Assembly: GCA_964373495.1 (NCBI GenBank)
Contig: CAYJUW010000003.1
Coordinates: forward strand, 1 to 35,632
DNA length: 35,632 nucleotides
Direction of reading: 5' to 3'
Origin: an uncultured Candidatus Saccharibacteria bacterium
Lineage (GTDB): Bacteria > Patescibacteriota > Minisyncoccia > Sungbacterales > SURF-37
Below, piece by piece: positions 9,078 through 17,124 of the stretch; position 1 is the first letter of the stretch, and each line of letters starts with the position of its first letter. The notes below the pieces were generated by a model. The model was given only the letters and a program-made list of their open reading frames with translations. It searched no databases and was not told where the DNA came from. A program made the translations under genes and the position numbers.

Positions 9078-9140
9078 AATATCATCGAGGCATTGGAGGG
9101 GATAACGCCGCCGGATTTAGCCAGGGGCGACATTGACTAA
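9078..9140 (+). pseudogene. Diverged duplicate of the 3' end of the dehydrogenase gene
   Basis: NIIEALEGITPPDLARGDID* versus NIIEALEGRQPPNAVSS* at 8448-8501; the first 14 nt are identical. Confidence 0.8.
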
Positions 9141-9210
9141 ATTTATTAATTGTAGTAATGTATAGTCAAAGTGCCCAAGGGTTAAAATTCAAAGGGAAAG
9201 GAGGCGTTCC

Positions 9211-9456
9211 ATGGCCAAGAAAGTGAAGGTTGCCCGGAAAGTAAAGGTAGTCATCGATGGACTCACCCAAGGGGATTACGAGATCGGGCTTCAGCTCTCC
9301 CACCGGCGGCCGTTCCATCGAGGCGAGCTCCGAGAACTGGCGTACCGGGTCTACCCGGTCTCGTACTCGGTGGTCCGGCATATCGGTCTTGCCGAGCGAA
9401 ATGCCGCCGATCAGATCTTTGAGCGGATTCTCCGCGCCGTGCGCTGCGCCATCTAA
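9211..9456 (+). CDS. Hypothetical protein
   Basis: AAAGGAGG Shine-Dalgarno before the ATG; terminator hairpin at about 9479-9511. Confidence 0.55.
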   Translation: MAKKVKVARKVKVVIDGLTQGDYEIGLQLSHRRPFHRGELRELAYRVYPVSYSVVRHIGLAERNAADQIFERILRAVRCAI

Positions 9457-9534
9457 TTCGCGTCAGCCGTCGCCGTACGCCGGGTCGCCAGACCCGGCTT
9501 TCTCTTCTTTTGAAACCGTGTTACCATACATCCT

Positions 9535-10218
9535 ATGCCCGAAATTTCCGCAAAACCGCGCACGGAACTCGGCAAAAAGACAAATTCCCTCCGCCGCCGG
9601 GGAGTGTTGCCTGCAATTCTTTACGGCCACGGTGTTGAATCTACGCCCTTGGCAGTCCCCAAAAAGGAATTTAAAAAGGTGTTGCGGGAGGCCGGTGAAA
9701 CGAGCCTGGTAACCGTACAGGTGGCTGGCGGGAAACGCTACGACGTACTCATTCACGACGTTGCCAAGGACCCATTGACCCTTGAGCCCATCCACGCCGA
9801 TTTCTACGCCGTCAAGATGGATAAGCCCATTGAGGCCAAGGTGCCGCTGGCCTTTAGTGGCGAGTCGCCGGCGGTGAAAAACGAGGGCGGCATCCTGGTG
9901 AAGGTCCTGCACGAACTTGAAGTTAAGGCGCTGCCCAAGGACTTGCCCCATGAGATCCCTGTTGACATCACCCGGTTGAGGAACATCGGAGACAAAATTC
10001 ATGTAGGAGATTTCGTCCTGCCGGCCGGAGTTACGCCCATGATTCCCGGCATGGAAGTGGTGGTTCTCGTCGAGCCGCCGCGCTCCGAGGTCGAGCTGGA
10101 GGAGCTCAAAAAAGCCGAAGCTCCGGCCCCCACGGCTGACGTGAAGACCGAACGCGAGGCGAAGGTCGAGGCCAAGGCGGCCGAGGGCGGCGAGGAGGAA
10201 GCGACCGAGGAGAAATAA
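9535..10218 (+). CDS. rplY: 50S ribosomal protein L25/Ctc
   Basis: LRRRGVLPAILYG, PIHADFY, GESPAVK.EGG and LPKDLPHEIPVDI; acidic tail. Confidence 0.95.
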   Translation: MPEISAKPRTELGKKTNSLRRRGVLPAILYGHGVESTPLAVPKKEFKKVLREAGETSLVTVQVAGGKRYDVLIHDVAKDPLTLEPIHADFYAVKMDKPIEAKVPLAFSGESPAVKNEGGILVKVLHELEVKALPKDLPHEIPVDITRLRNIGDKIHVGDFVLPAGVTPMIPGMEVVVLVEPPRSEVELEELKKAEAPAPTADVKTEREAKVEAKAAEGGEEEATEEK

Positions 10219-10243
10219 CGCATCCGCGCCGCACGCGGCGAGG

Positions 10244-10263
10244 CCTGCCTGCCGGCAGGCAGG
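10244..10263. repeat. Short palindrome CCTGCCTGCCGGCAGGCAGG
   Basis: Perfect 20-bp palindrome; same CCTG/CAGG ends as the elements at the Thr and Leu tRNA loci. Confidence 0.65.
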
Positions 10264-10294
10264 TATTTGGAGGCGGTAATGAGGCGATCTCTCT

Positions 10295-11671
10295 ATGTGG
10301 ATCCGGACGACCATCCAGCGCGATCGGAGTATAACTCCATCGAATGGCGCGTTCGCGCTTGTGTCGCTGGCGATGCTGGTGTTGGCTCTTGCCGCCTCGG
10401 CTCAGGAGAGTTCCTCACCGCGCGATTCTTTACAGCGCCAGATCGAAGCCCTCGAACGGGAAGCGCAGGATCTCGATCGCCAGATTGCCGAAACCCAGGA
10501 GGCGGCGCGGACCCTTGCGCGCCAAATTAAGCTCTTCAACGACGAGATCCGGCGGCGCGAGCTTGAAATCCGGCGGCTCACGCTCGCCGCCCGCCAGGCC
10601 GAGCTTGATATCCAAGTGAAAGTCGTATCGATCGGAGAACTGAGCCGGCGCATTGAAAAAAATCGCGCCATTCTTTCGCGGAATATCCAGCGCCTCTACG
10701 AGTACGACCGGGAGCATATGCTCGTGGTGCTCGTTAAGCACGAGACCATTGCAGAGTTTTTCTCGGCGCTCGATAACATCCGCGGCCTCCAGGCCCAGGT
10801 CGGCGAGCTCGTCACCGAGCTCCGAGATACGAAGCAACAGTTTGAGAAGGAAAAGGAGGAGCTCGAGGACTTCCGCGCCGAGCAACTGTCCCTGAAGGCC
10901 TTGGCCGAAGTGGGACGCCGCGCGGTGCAGGAGACGAAATTGGAGAAGGACCGGCTGCTCGGGCTCACCAAGGGCAAGGAGGCGGCTTTCCAACAGCTCC
11001 TGGCCCAAAAGAAGCGCGATATCACCGCGCTGAAGACCCAGCTCTTCTATTTGGAAAAGACCGGCATCCGCGCCGAGGACGCCCTGAAATTTGCGGAGCT
11101 TGCCGCCAAGCGCACCGGCATCCGGCCGGCGTTTCTGCTCGCGCTCCTGGAAGTGGAGACGGGTAAGCAGTTTGAGGGCGGAGTGATTTCCGCGGGTACG
11201 TACTTGGGTACCGGCAATTGGAAGACGGATATGTACGATTGCTACGTGCGCTTGGGGCGCCGTGCAGCCGCAGAAGCCCAGAAGAACGCCTTCTTTGCGA
11301 TCACGTCGAAACTAAACCTCGATCCTGACCAGATGCCGGTCTCGCGCCGGCCTTCCTACGGCTGCGGCGGGGCCATGGGCCCGGCGCAATTCATCCCGAC
11401 GACCTGGCTCCTTTTTGAATCGAAGACGGCCTCGCTCACCGGCCATAACCCGCCGAGTCCGTGGAACATTGAGGATGCCTTTACCGCCTCGGCGATCTTC
11501 CTCGCTGAGGCCGGGGCGCGCGCTCAAACGCGGGCGGGCGAATTGCAGGCCGCGCGCACCTACATCAGCGGCAAGTCGTCCTGCCCGGCGTCGGGTTCGG
11601 CGCGCTATGCCTGCCTGGCCTACGCCAATCGCGTGGTGTCGCTGGCGGAGGATATTGATCGGGTCATATGA
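10295..11671 (+). CDS. Secreted coiled-coil protein with C-terminal lytic transglycosylase (SLT-like) domain
   Basis: Hydrophobic signal, long coiled coil, LLEVET catalytic Glu, GGAMGPAQFIPTTW and PWNIEDA; start uncertain. Confidence 0.8.
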   Translation: MWIRTTIQRDRSITPSNGAFALVSLAMLVLALAASAQESSSPRDSLQRQIEALEREAQDLDRQIAETQEAARTLARQIKLFNDEIRRRELEIRRLTLAARQAELDIQVKVVSIGELSRRIEKNRAILSRNIQRLYEYDREHMLVVLVKHETIAEFFSALDNIRGLQAQVGELVTELRDTKQQFEKEKEELEDFRAEQLSLKALAEVGRRAVQETKLEKDRLLGLTKGKEAAFQQLLAQKKRDITALKTQLFYLEKTGIRAEDALKFAELAAKRTGIRPAFLLALLEVETGKQFEGGVISAGTYLGTGNWKTDMYDCYVRLGRRAAAEAQKNAFFAITSKLNLDPDQMPVSRRPSYGCGGAMGPAQFIPTTWLLFESKTASLTGHNPPSPWNIEDAFTASAIFLAEAGARAQTRAGELQAARTYISGKSSCPASGSARYACLAYANRVVSLAEDIDRVI

Positions 11672-11800
11672 TGCCAATCTGCGAATTCTATGCCAATCCG
11701 GCGAATTGCGAATACGAAATCGTGCTATTCGTAATTAGTGTGGTTATGGTTCGGCATAGTTCGCCACAGGGATTGGCATGCCATTCGCATATGGGCATCA
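11669..11800. repeat. TGCCAAT/GCGAAT inverted repeat element, copy 2
   Basis: tgatgccaatctgcgaattctatgccaat...gattggcatgccattcgcatatgggcatca. Confidence 0.8.
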
Positions 11801-11806
11801 CAGAGG

Positions 11807-12409
11807 ATGATCAAGGCGGTGTTTTTTGATGTCGGCGGGGTGTTGATAACCGCAGGCGGCACAAAGTCTCGCATTGCTGCGGCAAGGGTTCTCGGTGTAT
11901 CCTTATCGGAGTTGTCGCCATCGTGGGAGCTACTCATCGAAAAAGTGGCAGAGGGGAGAATATCGGAGCGAGAGTTTTGGCGGAAGATTGCAGCGACGCA
12001 TCTGTTACCCCGGAATAAGCTACATCTCCTTGTTAGGATTTTCTCACTCCGGAGGCCTCGATTGAAGCGACGGGTGAAAGTGATCGCAGAAAAATTGGCG
12101 GCAAATGGATACACCGTCGGCATTCTCTCTGACGTGGTTCCGACCCACGCGAAACTGTTGCAACGAATCGGAACCTACGATGGCTTCCGGCCGGTACTCC
12201 TGTCCTGCAGGATAGGAGCGATTAAAATGAAGCCGCGCGCGTTTCGGATCGCCGCACGGAGCGCTGGCGTGAAATTTGCCGAGATGGCATTTTTTGACGA
12301 CCACGAAGCGAACGTTGCAGTTGCAAGGCGGCTCGGCATCAAGGCGTTCGTGTACAAAAACCCAACGCAACTCGTGTGTCAGCTCAGGCGGTATGGTGTT
12401 AAAATTTAG
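11807..12409 (+). CDS. HAD-family phosphatase
   Basis: IKAVFFDVGGVL, LSD, K and FFDDHEANVAVARRLGI motifs. Confidence 0.88.
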   Translation: MIKAVFFDVGGVLITAGGTKSRIAAARVLGVSLSELSPSWELLIEKVAEGRISEREFWRKIAATHLLPRNKLHLLVRIFSLRRPRLKRRVKVIAEKLAANGYTVGILSDVVPTHAKLLQRIGTYDGFRPVLLSCRIGAIKMKPRAFRIAARSAGVKFAEMAFFDDHEANVAVARRLGIKAFVYKNPTQLVCQLRRYGVKI

Positions 12410-12410
12410 A

Positions 12411-12446
12411 TGGGACAAAACCTTACGATCGTATTATTTTGTCCCA
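12411..12446. terminator. Palindrome between convergent genes
   Basis: tgggacaaaa...ttttgtccca with internal tacgatcgta. Confidence 0.45.
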
Positions 12447-12468
12447 CCAGTATTTCTTGGCTGCAGAG

Positions 12469-13368
12469 TTAGCGTCCCTGCGATTCACCAAACGCATCTA
12501 CGATCGGATCGAGGTTTCCGGCGAGCACTGATTCAATGTTGTGCCACGATTTTTTGATGCGGTGGTCCGTAATCCGATCTTGGGGGAAGTTGTAGGTGCG
12601 GATTTTCTCGGCGCGCTCGGCTGATCCGATCTGTTCGCGGCGCGAGGCCGCGGTTTTGGCCTGGCCGGCTTCACGTCGGGCGGCAAGGAGCTTTGTCCGC
12701 AAGAGCATCATGGCCTGCTCGCGGTTTTTCTGCTGGGAGCGCGACTCCTGGGATGCCACCACGAGCCCGGAGGGCAAGTGCGAGATTCGTACCGCGGTTT
12801 CCACCTTGTTCACGTTCTGGCCGCCCGGGCCCGAGGAACGGAAGAATTCGATTTGTATGTCCTGGGGTTTGATTTCGATATCTGATTCCTTGGCTTCGGG
12901 CAGTACGGCCACCGAGGCCGTGGAGGTGTGGATGCGTCCGACCTTCTCGGTGTCCGGGATCCGCTGTACGCGGTGAACCCCGGCCTCGCGCTGGAGCAGG
13001 CGGAAGGCGGACCCACCGGAAATTTCGAAGATGGCCTCTTTATACCCGCCGAGCGCTGTGGGGTGCGAATCAATGAGCGTGACCTCCCAGCCGCGGCGCT
13101 TGGCGTAGGCGGCGTACATCTTGAAGAGTTCGCCGGCAAAGAGCGCGGCTTCTTCGCCGCCGGTGCCGGCCCGGATTTCGATGATGAGCCGGTAAGGATC
13201 GCTGCCGCTCGCCATGGATTGCGCCTCGCCGGCGAGTTCTTTTTCAATACGGCCGAGCTCGATCGCGAGCGCCTTCACGCGCGGGCCATCGCGAAGAATC
13301 TCAGGATCGCTGAGTTTCTGTTCCAACTCCGCCTTTCTCTTTTTTAGATCGGTCAGTTCAAGTTCCAT
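12469..13368 (-). CDS. prfA: Peptide chain release factor 1 (shortened N-terminal domain)
   Basis: EIRAGTGGEEAALFA, GVHRVQRIPDTE (PxT), GPGGQNVNK and IRTYNFPQDRITDHRI. Confidence 0.95.
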   Translation of the reverse strand: MELELTDLKKRKAELEQKLSDPEILRDGPRVKALAIELGRIEKELAGEAQSMASGSDPYRLIIEIRAGTGGEEAALFAGELFKMYAAYAKRRGWEVTLIDSHPTALGGYKEAIFEISGGSAFRLLQREAGVHRVQRIPDTEKVGRIHTSTASVAVLPEAKESDIEIKPQDIQIEFFRSSGPGGQNVNKVETAVRISHLPSGLVVASQESRSQQKNREQAMMLLRTKLLAARREAGQAKTAASRREQIGSAERAEKIRTYNFPQDRITDHRIKKSWHNIESVLAGNLDPIVDAFGESQGR

Positions 13369-13385
13369 GCCTTGGTACCGTAGCT

Positions 13386-13491
13386 ATCAAGCGCTGAAAG
13401 TCCGCTGATGGAGTTCGCCCAAATAACGCTGAACGTCGTTGCCGAAAATCAGCGCTCTACTCGCGCGTACCCATCAGCGTACGATCAGCGG
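13386..13491. repeat. CGCTGA/TCAGCG inverted repeat element, copy 1
   Basis: Three cgctga units followed by three tcagcg units; gcgtacccatcagcgt is shared exactly with the copy at about 34539. Confidence 0.7.
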
Positions 13492-13701
13492 CTACGGCCT
13501 TTTCTTGGCCAGGCGCTGACGGAATTTCTCCACCCGGCCGGCGGTGTCCACGATCTTGGAGCCGCCGACGTAGAAGGGGTGGCATTGAGAACAAATTTCA
13601 ACTTCAATCCGCTCCTTGGTGGAGCCGACGGTGAAGCTATTGCCGCAGGCACAGCTGATCTTGGCCTGGGGGTAGTAGGGCGGATGGATGTCCTTCTTCA
13701 T
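13492..13701 (-). CDS. rpmE: 50S ribosomal protein L31 (zinc-binding type)
   Basis: [19 protein letters not shown] and DTAGRVEKF. Confidence 0.96.
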   Translation of the reverse strand: MKKDIHPPYYPQAKISCACGNSFTVGSTKERIEVEICSQCHPFYVGGSKIVDTAGRVEKFRQRLAKKRP

Positions 13702-13719
13702 ATCGCGCTTCGCGCTATG

Positions 13720-13815
13720 TGATGCCAATAATGCGAATGGCATGCCAATCTACAAATTGCGAATCGGATTCGCATATTCGCCAGATTGGTATAAGATTCG
13801 TAGATTAGCATCATA
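13720..13815. repeat. TGCCAAT/GCGAAT inverted repeat element, copy 3
   Basis: gatgccaataatgcgaatggcatgccaatctacaaattgcgaat...attcgtagattagcatc. Confidence 0.8.
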
Positions 13816-13860
13816 GTATCATGGTTGCGCCCCTAAGCGCAAGGTGCTATGCTAAAGGGT

Positions 13861-14658
13861 ATGACCACCATGGTGAATGAAAATGTAAATTCCGTTCCGG
13901 TGGGCGCGGATCCCGAGATCGAGGCCATGGCCGAGGCCGGAGCCCACCTCGGGCATGCCCGCTCCCGGCGCCACCCGCGGATGGCGCCCTACCTCTGGGG
14001 CGTCCGCGCGAACATCGAAATCATTGATCTCACGAAGACCAAGGAAAAGCTCGGAGCCGCCTTGGCATTCCTGAAATCATCGGCCGAGGAGCGAAAGCTC
14101 TTCCTCTTTGTCGGTACGCGGCCATCGGCCAAAGACATTGTCCGGGACACCGCCCAGGAGCTCGGCTACCCCTACGTGATTCAGCGCTGGATCGGCGGCA
14201 CCCTCACCAATTTCAAGGTGATCCGGAAGCGCGTTGAAACCCTCGAGGCGCTGGAGCAGGAACGGGCCAGCGGCGGCTTTGAGAAGTACACCAAAAAAGA
14301 ACGGCTGAAGAAAGACGAGGAGATGCGCCGGCTGGTCGGGAACTTCGACGGCCTGCGGCGGCTCACCAAACTGCCTGATGTTATGATCGTCGTGGATATT
14401 TCCCATGACGATCTTGCCCTCCGGGAGGCCCGGCGGGTCAGGATTCCGATGGTGGCCCTCGCCGACACCAACACTGATCCCGAGAGCGTGACCTATGCCA
14501 TCCCTTCCAACGATGATGCCAGGCCGGCCATCGCCTATATGCTGGGACGGATGAAGGCCTCCATTCAGGAGGGCTTGGCTGCGGCGGAAGCCGTCCGCGC
14601 CGCAGCCGTCTTGACGGAAGCCGCCGAACGCCAGGAATCGCCGGCCAACCATGATTGA
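13861..14658 (+). CDS. rpsB: 30S ribosomal protein S2
   Basis: EAGAHLGH, HPRMAPY, IIDL, RWIGGTLTNF, DTNTDP and IPSNDD. Confidence 0.96.
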   Translation: MTTMVNENVNSVPVGADPEIEAMAEAGAHLGHARSRRHPRMAPYLWGVRANIEIIDLTKTKEKLGAALAFLKSSAEERKLFLFVGTRPSAKDIVRDTAQELGYPYVIQRWIGGTLTNFKVIRKRVETLEALEQERASGGFEKYTKKERLKKDEEMRRLVGNFDGLRRLTKLPDVMIVVDISHDDLALREARRVRIPMVALADTNTDPESVTYAIPSNDDARPAIAYMLGRMKASIQEGLAAAEAVRAAAVLTEAAERQESPANHD

Positions 14659-15094
14659 TCAGATTAAGCGGCTCCGGGAAGAAACCGGCGCATCCATCGG
14701 CGAGATTCGCTCGGCCCTGGCCGAGAGCCGCGGAGACACGGACCGGGCGCGGGAGCTCCTTGCAAAGAAGCTCGGGGCCATGGCCGAGAAAAAGGCCGGC
14801 CGCGAGGTGCGTTCGGGCGTGGTGGACGCCTACGTCCATTCCAACGGCAAGATCGGCGCCATGGTGGAGCTTTTGTGCGAAACGGATTTCGTGGCCCGGA
14901 ATTCGGAGTTCCGGAAACTCGCGCATGACCTGGCCATGCACATCGCGGCCATGGCCCCGGCGCACGGGGAGGAGCTCGCGGGGCAGGATTCGATCCACCA
15001 GCCCGGCAAGCCGATCGGCGAGATCATCCGCGAGGCCATCGGCAGGTTCGGCGAGAATATCAAGGTCGGGAATTTCGTCCGATTCGAACTCTGA
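14651..15094 (+). CDS. tsf: Elongation factor Ts (short form)
   Basis: IKRLREETGA, ELLCETDFVARN and FGENIKV..FVRF; follows rpsB. Confidence 0.93.
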   Translation: MIDQIKRLREETGASIGEIRSALAESRGDTDRARELLAKKLGAMAEKKAGREVRSGVVDAYVHSNGKIGAMVELLCETDFVARNSEFRKLAHDLAMHIAAMAPAHGEELAGQDSIHQPGKPIGEIIREAIGRFGENIKVGNFVRFEL

Positions 15095-15096
15095 AT

Positions 15097-15184
15097 AACC
15101 GCTGAATGCACGCTGATGAGTACGCTGAAGCGTCGCGGAAAGGATCAGCGTCCGATCAGCTCCCGTTTAGTGTAAGATCAGCTT
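15097..15184. repeat. CGCTGA/TCAGCG inverted repeat element, copy 2
   Basis: accgctgaatgcacgctgatgagtacgctgaa...gatcagcgtccgatcagc...gatcagct. Confidence 0.7.
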
Positions 15185-15196
15185 CTCGTACCGGCT

Positions 15197-15664
15197 ATGA
15201 TAGAATTGATACTCGTTGGCATACTCCTGCTCTCGGGTGGGTATGCAACACGTCTGGTGTGGCGGAAAGTCCCGCTCCTTTTGCAAATCCCGCCGCAGCT
15301 GATCGAGGAGAGCTTTGTCACCCGGCCCTCGTACCTGAAAACATACCTCGGGCTGGTCGTGGAATTTTTCCGGAGCGGACGCCACCGCGAACTCTACTAC
15401 GCGGGTTTAGTGCGGCTGCTGCACGGAGTGCGCCTGTGGCTGCTGCGATGCGAACGGATGGTCTTTCGCATGCTGGAAGCGCTCCAAGCCCGGGGCCGCG
15501 AACTCTCGGCCACCGAAGAACGCTACTGGGGCGAGCTGAAAACATGGAAGCAGGACGCGAAGCTGAACGGGGGAAACTCGCTGCCGGATACGGTCCTCAA
15601 TCCCGAGCCGCCGCCGGAGGTCAAGGCCAAAGAAATCCGGCGCAACGGCAATACGCCAGGGTAG
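15197..15664 (+). CDS. Hypothetical membrane-anchored protein
   Basis: N-terminal transmembrane segment followed by RKVPLL; 155 aa. Confidence 0.65.
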   Translation: MIELILVGILLLSGGYATRLVWRKVPLLLQIPPQLIEESFVTRPSYLKTYLGLVVEFFRSGRHRELYYAGLVRLLHGVRLWLLRCERMVFRMLEALQARGRELSATEERYWGELKTWKQDAKLNGGNSLPDTVLNPEPPPEVKAKEIRRNGNTPG

Positions 15665-15734
15665 CCCCGACGCTCCGTCAATCAGTCGGAGGTCGGGGCT
15701 CAATGGCAGAGTCCTCGATGTTGTAACAAAATTT

Positions 15735-15925
15735 GCCGGTATAGCTCAGTGGTTAGAGCACCTGTTTTGCCTGCCCGCCATCGCCTAAGCCTGGGTAGCT
15801 CAGTGGAAGAGCAACTGTTTTGTAAACAGTAGGTCGTGGGTTCGAATCCCTCCCCAGGCTCTCGGGCTCAGGCGTAGGCAGGCGGGTAAACAGGGTTGTC
15901 GGGGGTTCGATTCCCTCTACCGGCT
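15735..15925 (+). tRNA. Split (outer) tRNA-Thr interrupted in the anticodon loop by a 117-nt insert
   Basis: Acceptor GCCGGTA/TACCGGC, D-arm GCTC/GAGC, anticodon stem CCTGT/ACAGG and T-arm GGGGG-TTCGATT-CCCTC. Removing 15770-15886 gives anticodon UGU; removing 15768-15884 gives GGU. Functionality unknown. Confidence 0.8.
15789..15860 (+). tRNA. tRNA-Thr(UGU), nested inside the outer tRNA
   Basis: GCCTGGG/CCCAGGC acceptor, ACTGT-TT-TGT-AA-ACAGT, GTGGG-TTCGAAT-CCCTC; 72 nt, no encoded CCA. Confidence 0.93.
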
Positions 15926-15991
15926 TAGGGCAAATGTTGACAAAATCAGGATAAACCGTTGGTCAGGGGTTCGGATTCTTGAGAAATTTTT

Positions 15992-16076
15992 GGGTAGGTA
16001 GACCCGTAGGGAGCGGGGTTTGGCTGTAAACCAAATGGCCTCACGGCCCCTGTGAGTTCGACTCTCACCCTGCCCA
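15992..16076 (+). tRNA. tRNA-Tyr(GUA)
   Basis: GGGTAGG/CCTGCCC acceptor, TTTGG-CT-GTA-AA-CCAAA, long variable arm, GTGAG-TTCGACT-CTCAC; atypical D-arm. Confidence 0.88.
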
Positions 16077-16134
16077 TAAACAAATTGCATCGGTTCTTTA
16101 CGAATCGATGCAATTTGATTAAGAGGATGGTGAG

Positions 16135-16302
16135 AGGGTGAGAGTCGAGCTCGAGAAGGGGGTCGGGGAAACGGGAGTTTCCCCGTGGTGGAAGTATTGA
16201 AACCGCAAGGTTTCAAGGAGCGGTGTTAGCGGAGTCCCGAGCCTGTCGAGGGACGACGCGTGCCGCGACGAGTTCTAGCGAAGCGGACTCTCACCCTGCC
16301 CA
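16135..16302. repeat. Structured element bounded by inverted and direct copies of the tRNA-Tyr 3' end
   Basis: 16135-16152 is the reverse complement of 16054-16071 (1 mismatch); 16286-16302 equals 16060-16076. Confidence 0.75.
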
Positions 16303-16366
16303 CCGACAAACCGCACCGGCTTGCAAGCCGGTGCGGTTGCGGTCATGATTGCCGCGGAAGGAATTT

Positions 16367-16633
16367 ATGGCGCAGAAGATTACCGAAGTAGCGGCCGCAA
16401 TCATCTGCCGGGATGGAAAGTACCTGATAGCACGTCGTGGCCCTGATTACGGCGAGCAAGGGGTTGCCCGGCTTCAGAGCCATTTCTGTCGGCTTATCGG
16501 CGGGGAACCGCAACCCCGAGTGCCTGCAGATCTTCGGTGGGTGATGCCAGGGGAGCTCCCTACCTACGACTTTGCGCCGGCTGATATTCCCATTGCGGAG
16601 CGACTCATCGGTCAAAGAGGGGAGGCGACCTGA
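16367..16633 (+). pseudogene. MutT/Nudix-like gene lacking the Nudix box
   Basis: EVAAAIICRDGKYLIARR (N-terminal) is joined to LRWV..EL..YDFAPADIPI (C-terminal); no GX5EX7REUXEEXGU. Confidence 0.7.
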
Positions 16634-16652
16634 GATACAGGTCGCCGTTTTT

Positions 16653-16815
16653 ATCCCCCTTCGCAGAAAACAGCGGGCGCGAGCCCGCGGATGAATGCGA
16701 GGAGGATACCCTTTCGTAGCTCCGAAGGAGCGAAGGAGAGTATGCTTCGGAAGGATTCCGCTCCGCGGTATCTAATGATTGAGAGATACGGTTGGCGTAA
16801 GCCCGCGGAGCTTCA
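16653..16815. mobile_element. Possible non-autonomous IS200/IS605-type remnant
   Basis: Two related hairpin ends, gggcgcgagcccgcgg-atgaa and tggcgtaagcccgcgg-agcttca, with no transposase between them. Confidence 0.4.
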
Positions 16816-16932
16816 TGCGTGGATGCTAATGTGCACAACCTGTGAATTAAATATTGTTCTGAAATCAAGAAACGCCTGTAAAAAGGCGTTTTTTGATTTT
16901 TATATAGGCCAGTATTTGTTGGTCTGCGGGAA

Positions 16933-17021
16933 TTGACCGAATGGAGCGCGGTGGCATATTATTACAGCGTAGTGGGGAATTGTGGATAAGTATGGGGATA
17001 ACTATGGTTATCTGTGGATAA
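16933..17021 (+). promoter_or_regulatory. mraZ promoter with MraZ-type repeats and DnaA boxes
   Basis: TTGACC-N18-TATTAT; RTGGN repeats at 10-bp spacing (16972, 16982, 16992; also 16941, 16951); TGTGGATAA at 16981 and 17013 and TGGGGATAA at 16993. Confidence 0.65.
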
Positions 17022-17026
17022 CCATA

Positions 17027-17124
17027 TGATGCCAATCCGATGCGAATGGAATGCCAATCTACCAATTGCGAATTCGCGATTCGCATCATTGGCATGGAAT
17101 TCGTAGATTGGCATCGCATTTAGC
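17027..17124. repeat. TGCCAAT/GCGAAT inverted repeat element, copy 4
   Basis: gatgccaatccgatgcgaatggaatgccaatctaccaattgcgaat...attcgtagattggcatc. Confidence 0.8.

Noticed and set aside
12469..15094. Short RF1 (299 aa) and EF-Ts (147 aa) as pseudogenes
   Set aside because: Key motifs (PxT, GGQ; ETDFVA) are intact and short forms are plausible in reduced genomes.
15770..15886. Group I intron in tRNA-Thr
   Set aside because: Only 117 nt, mostly occupied by a tRNA; no P3-P7 core visible.
7420..17124. Recurrent TGCCAAT repeats as a CRISPR array
   Set aside because: Copies are dispersed and degenerate, without constant-length repeats or unique spacers.
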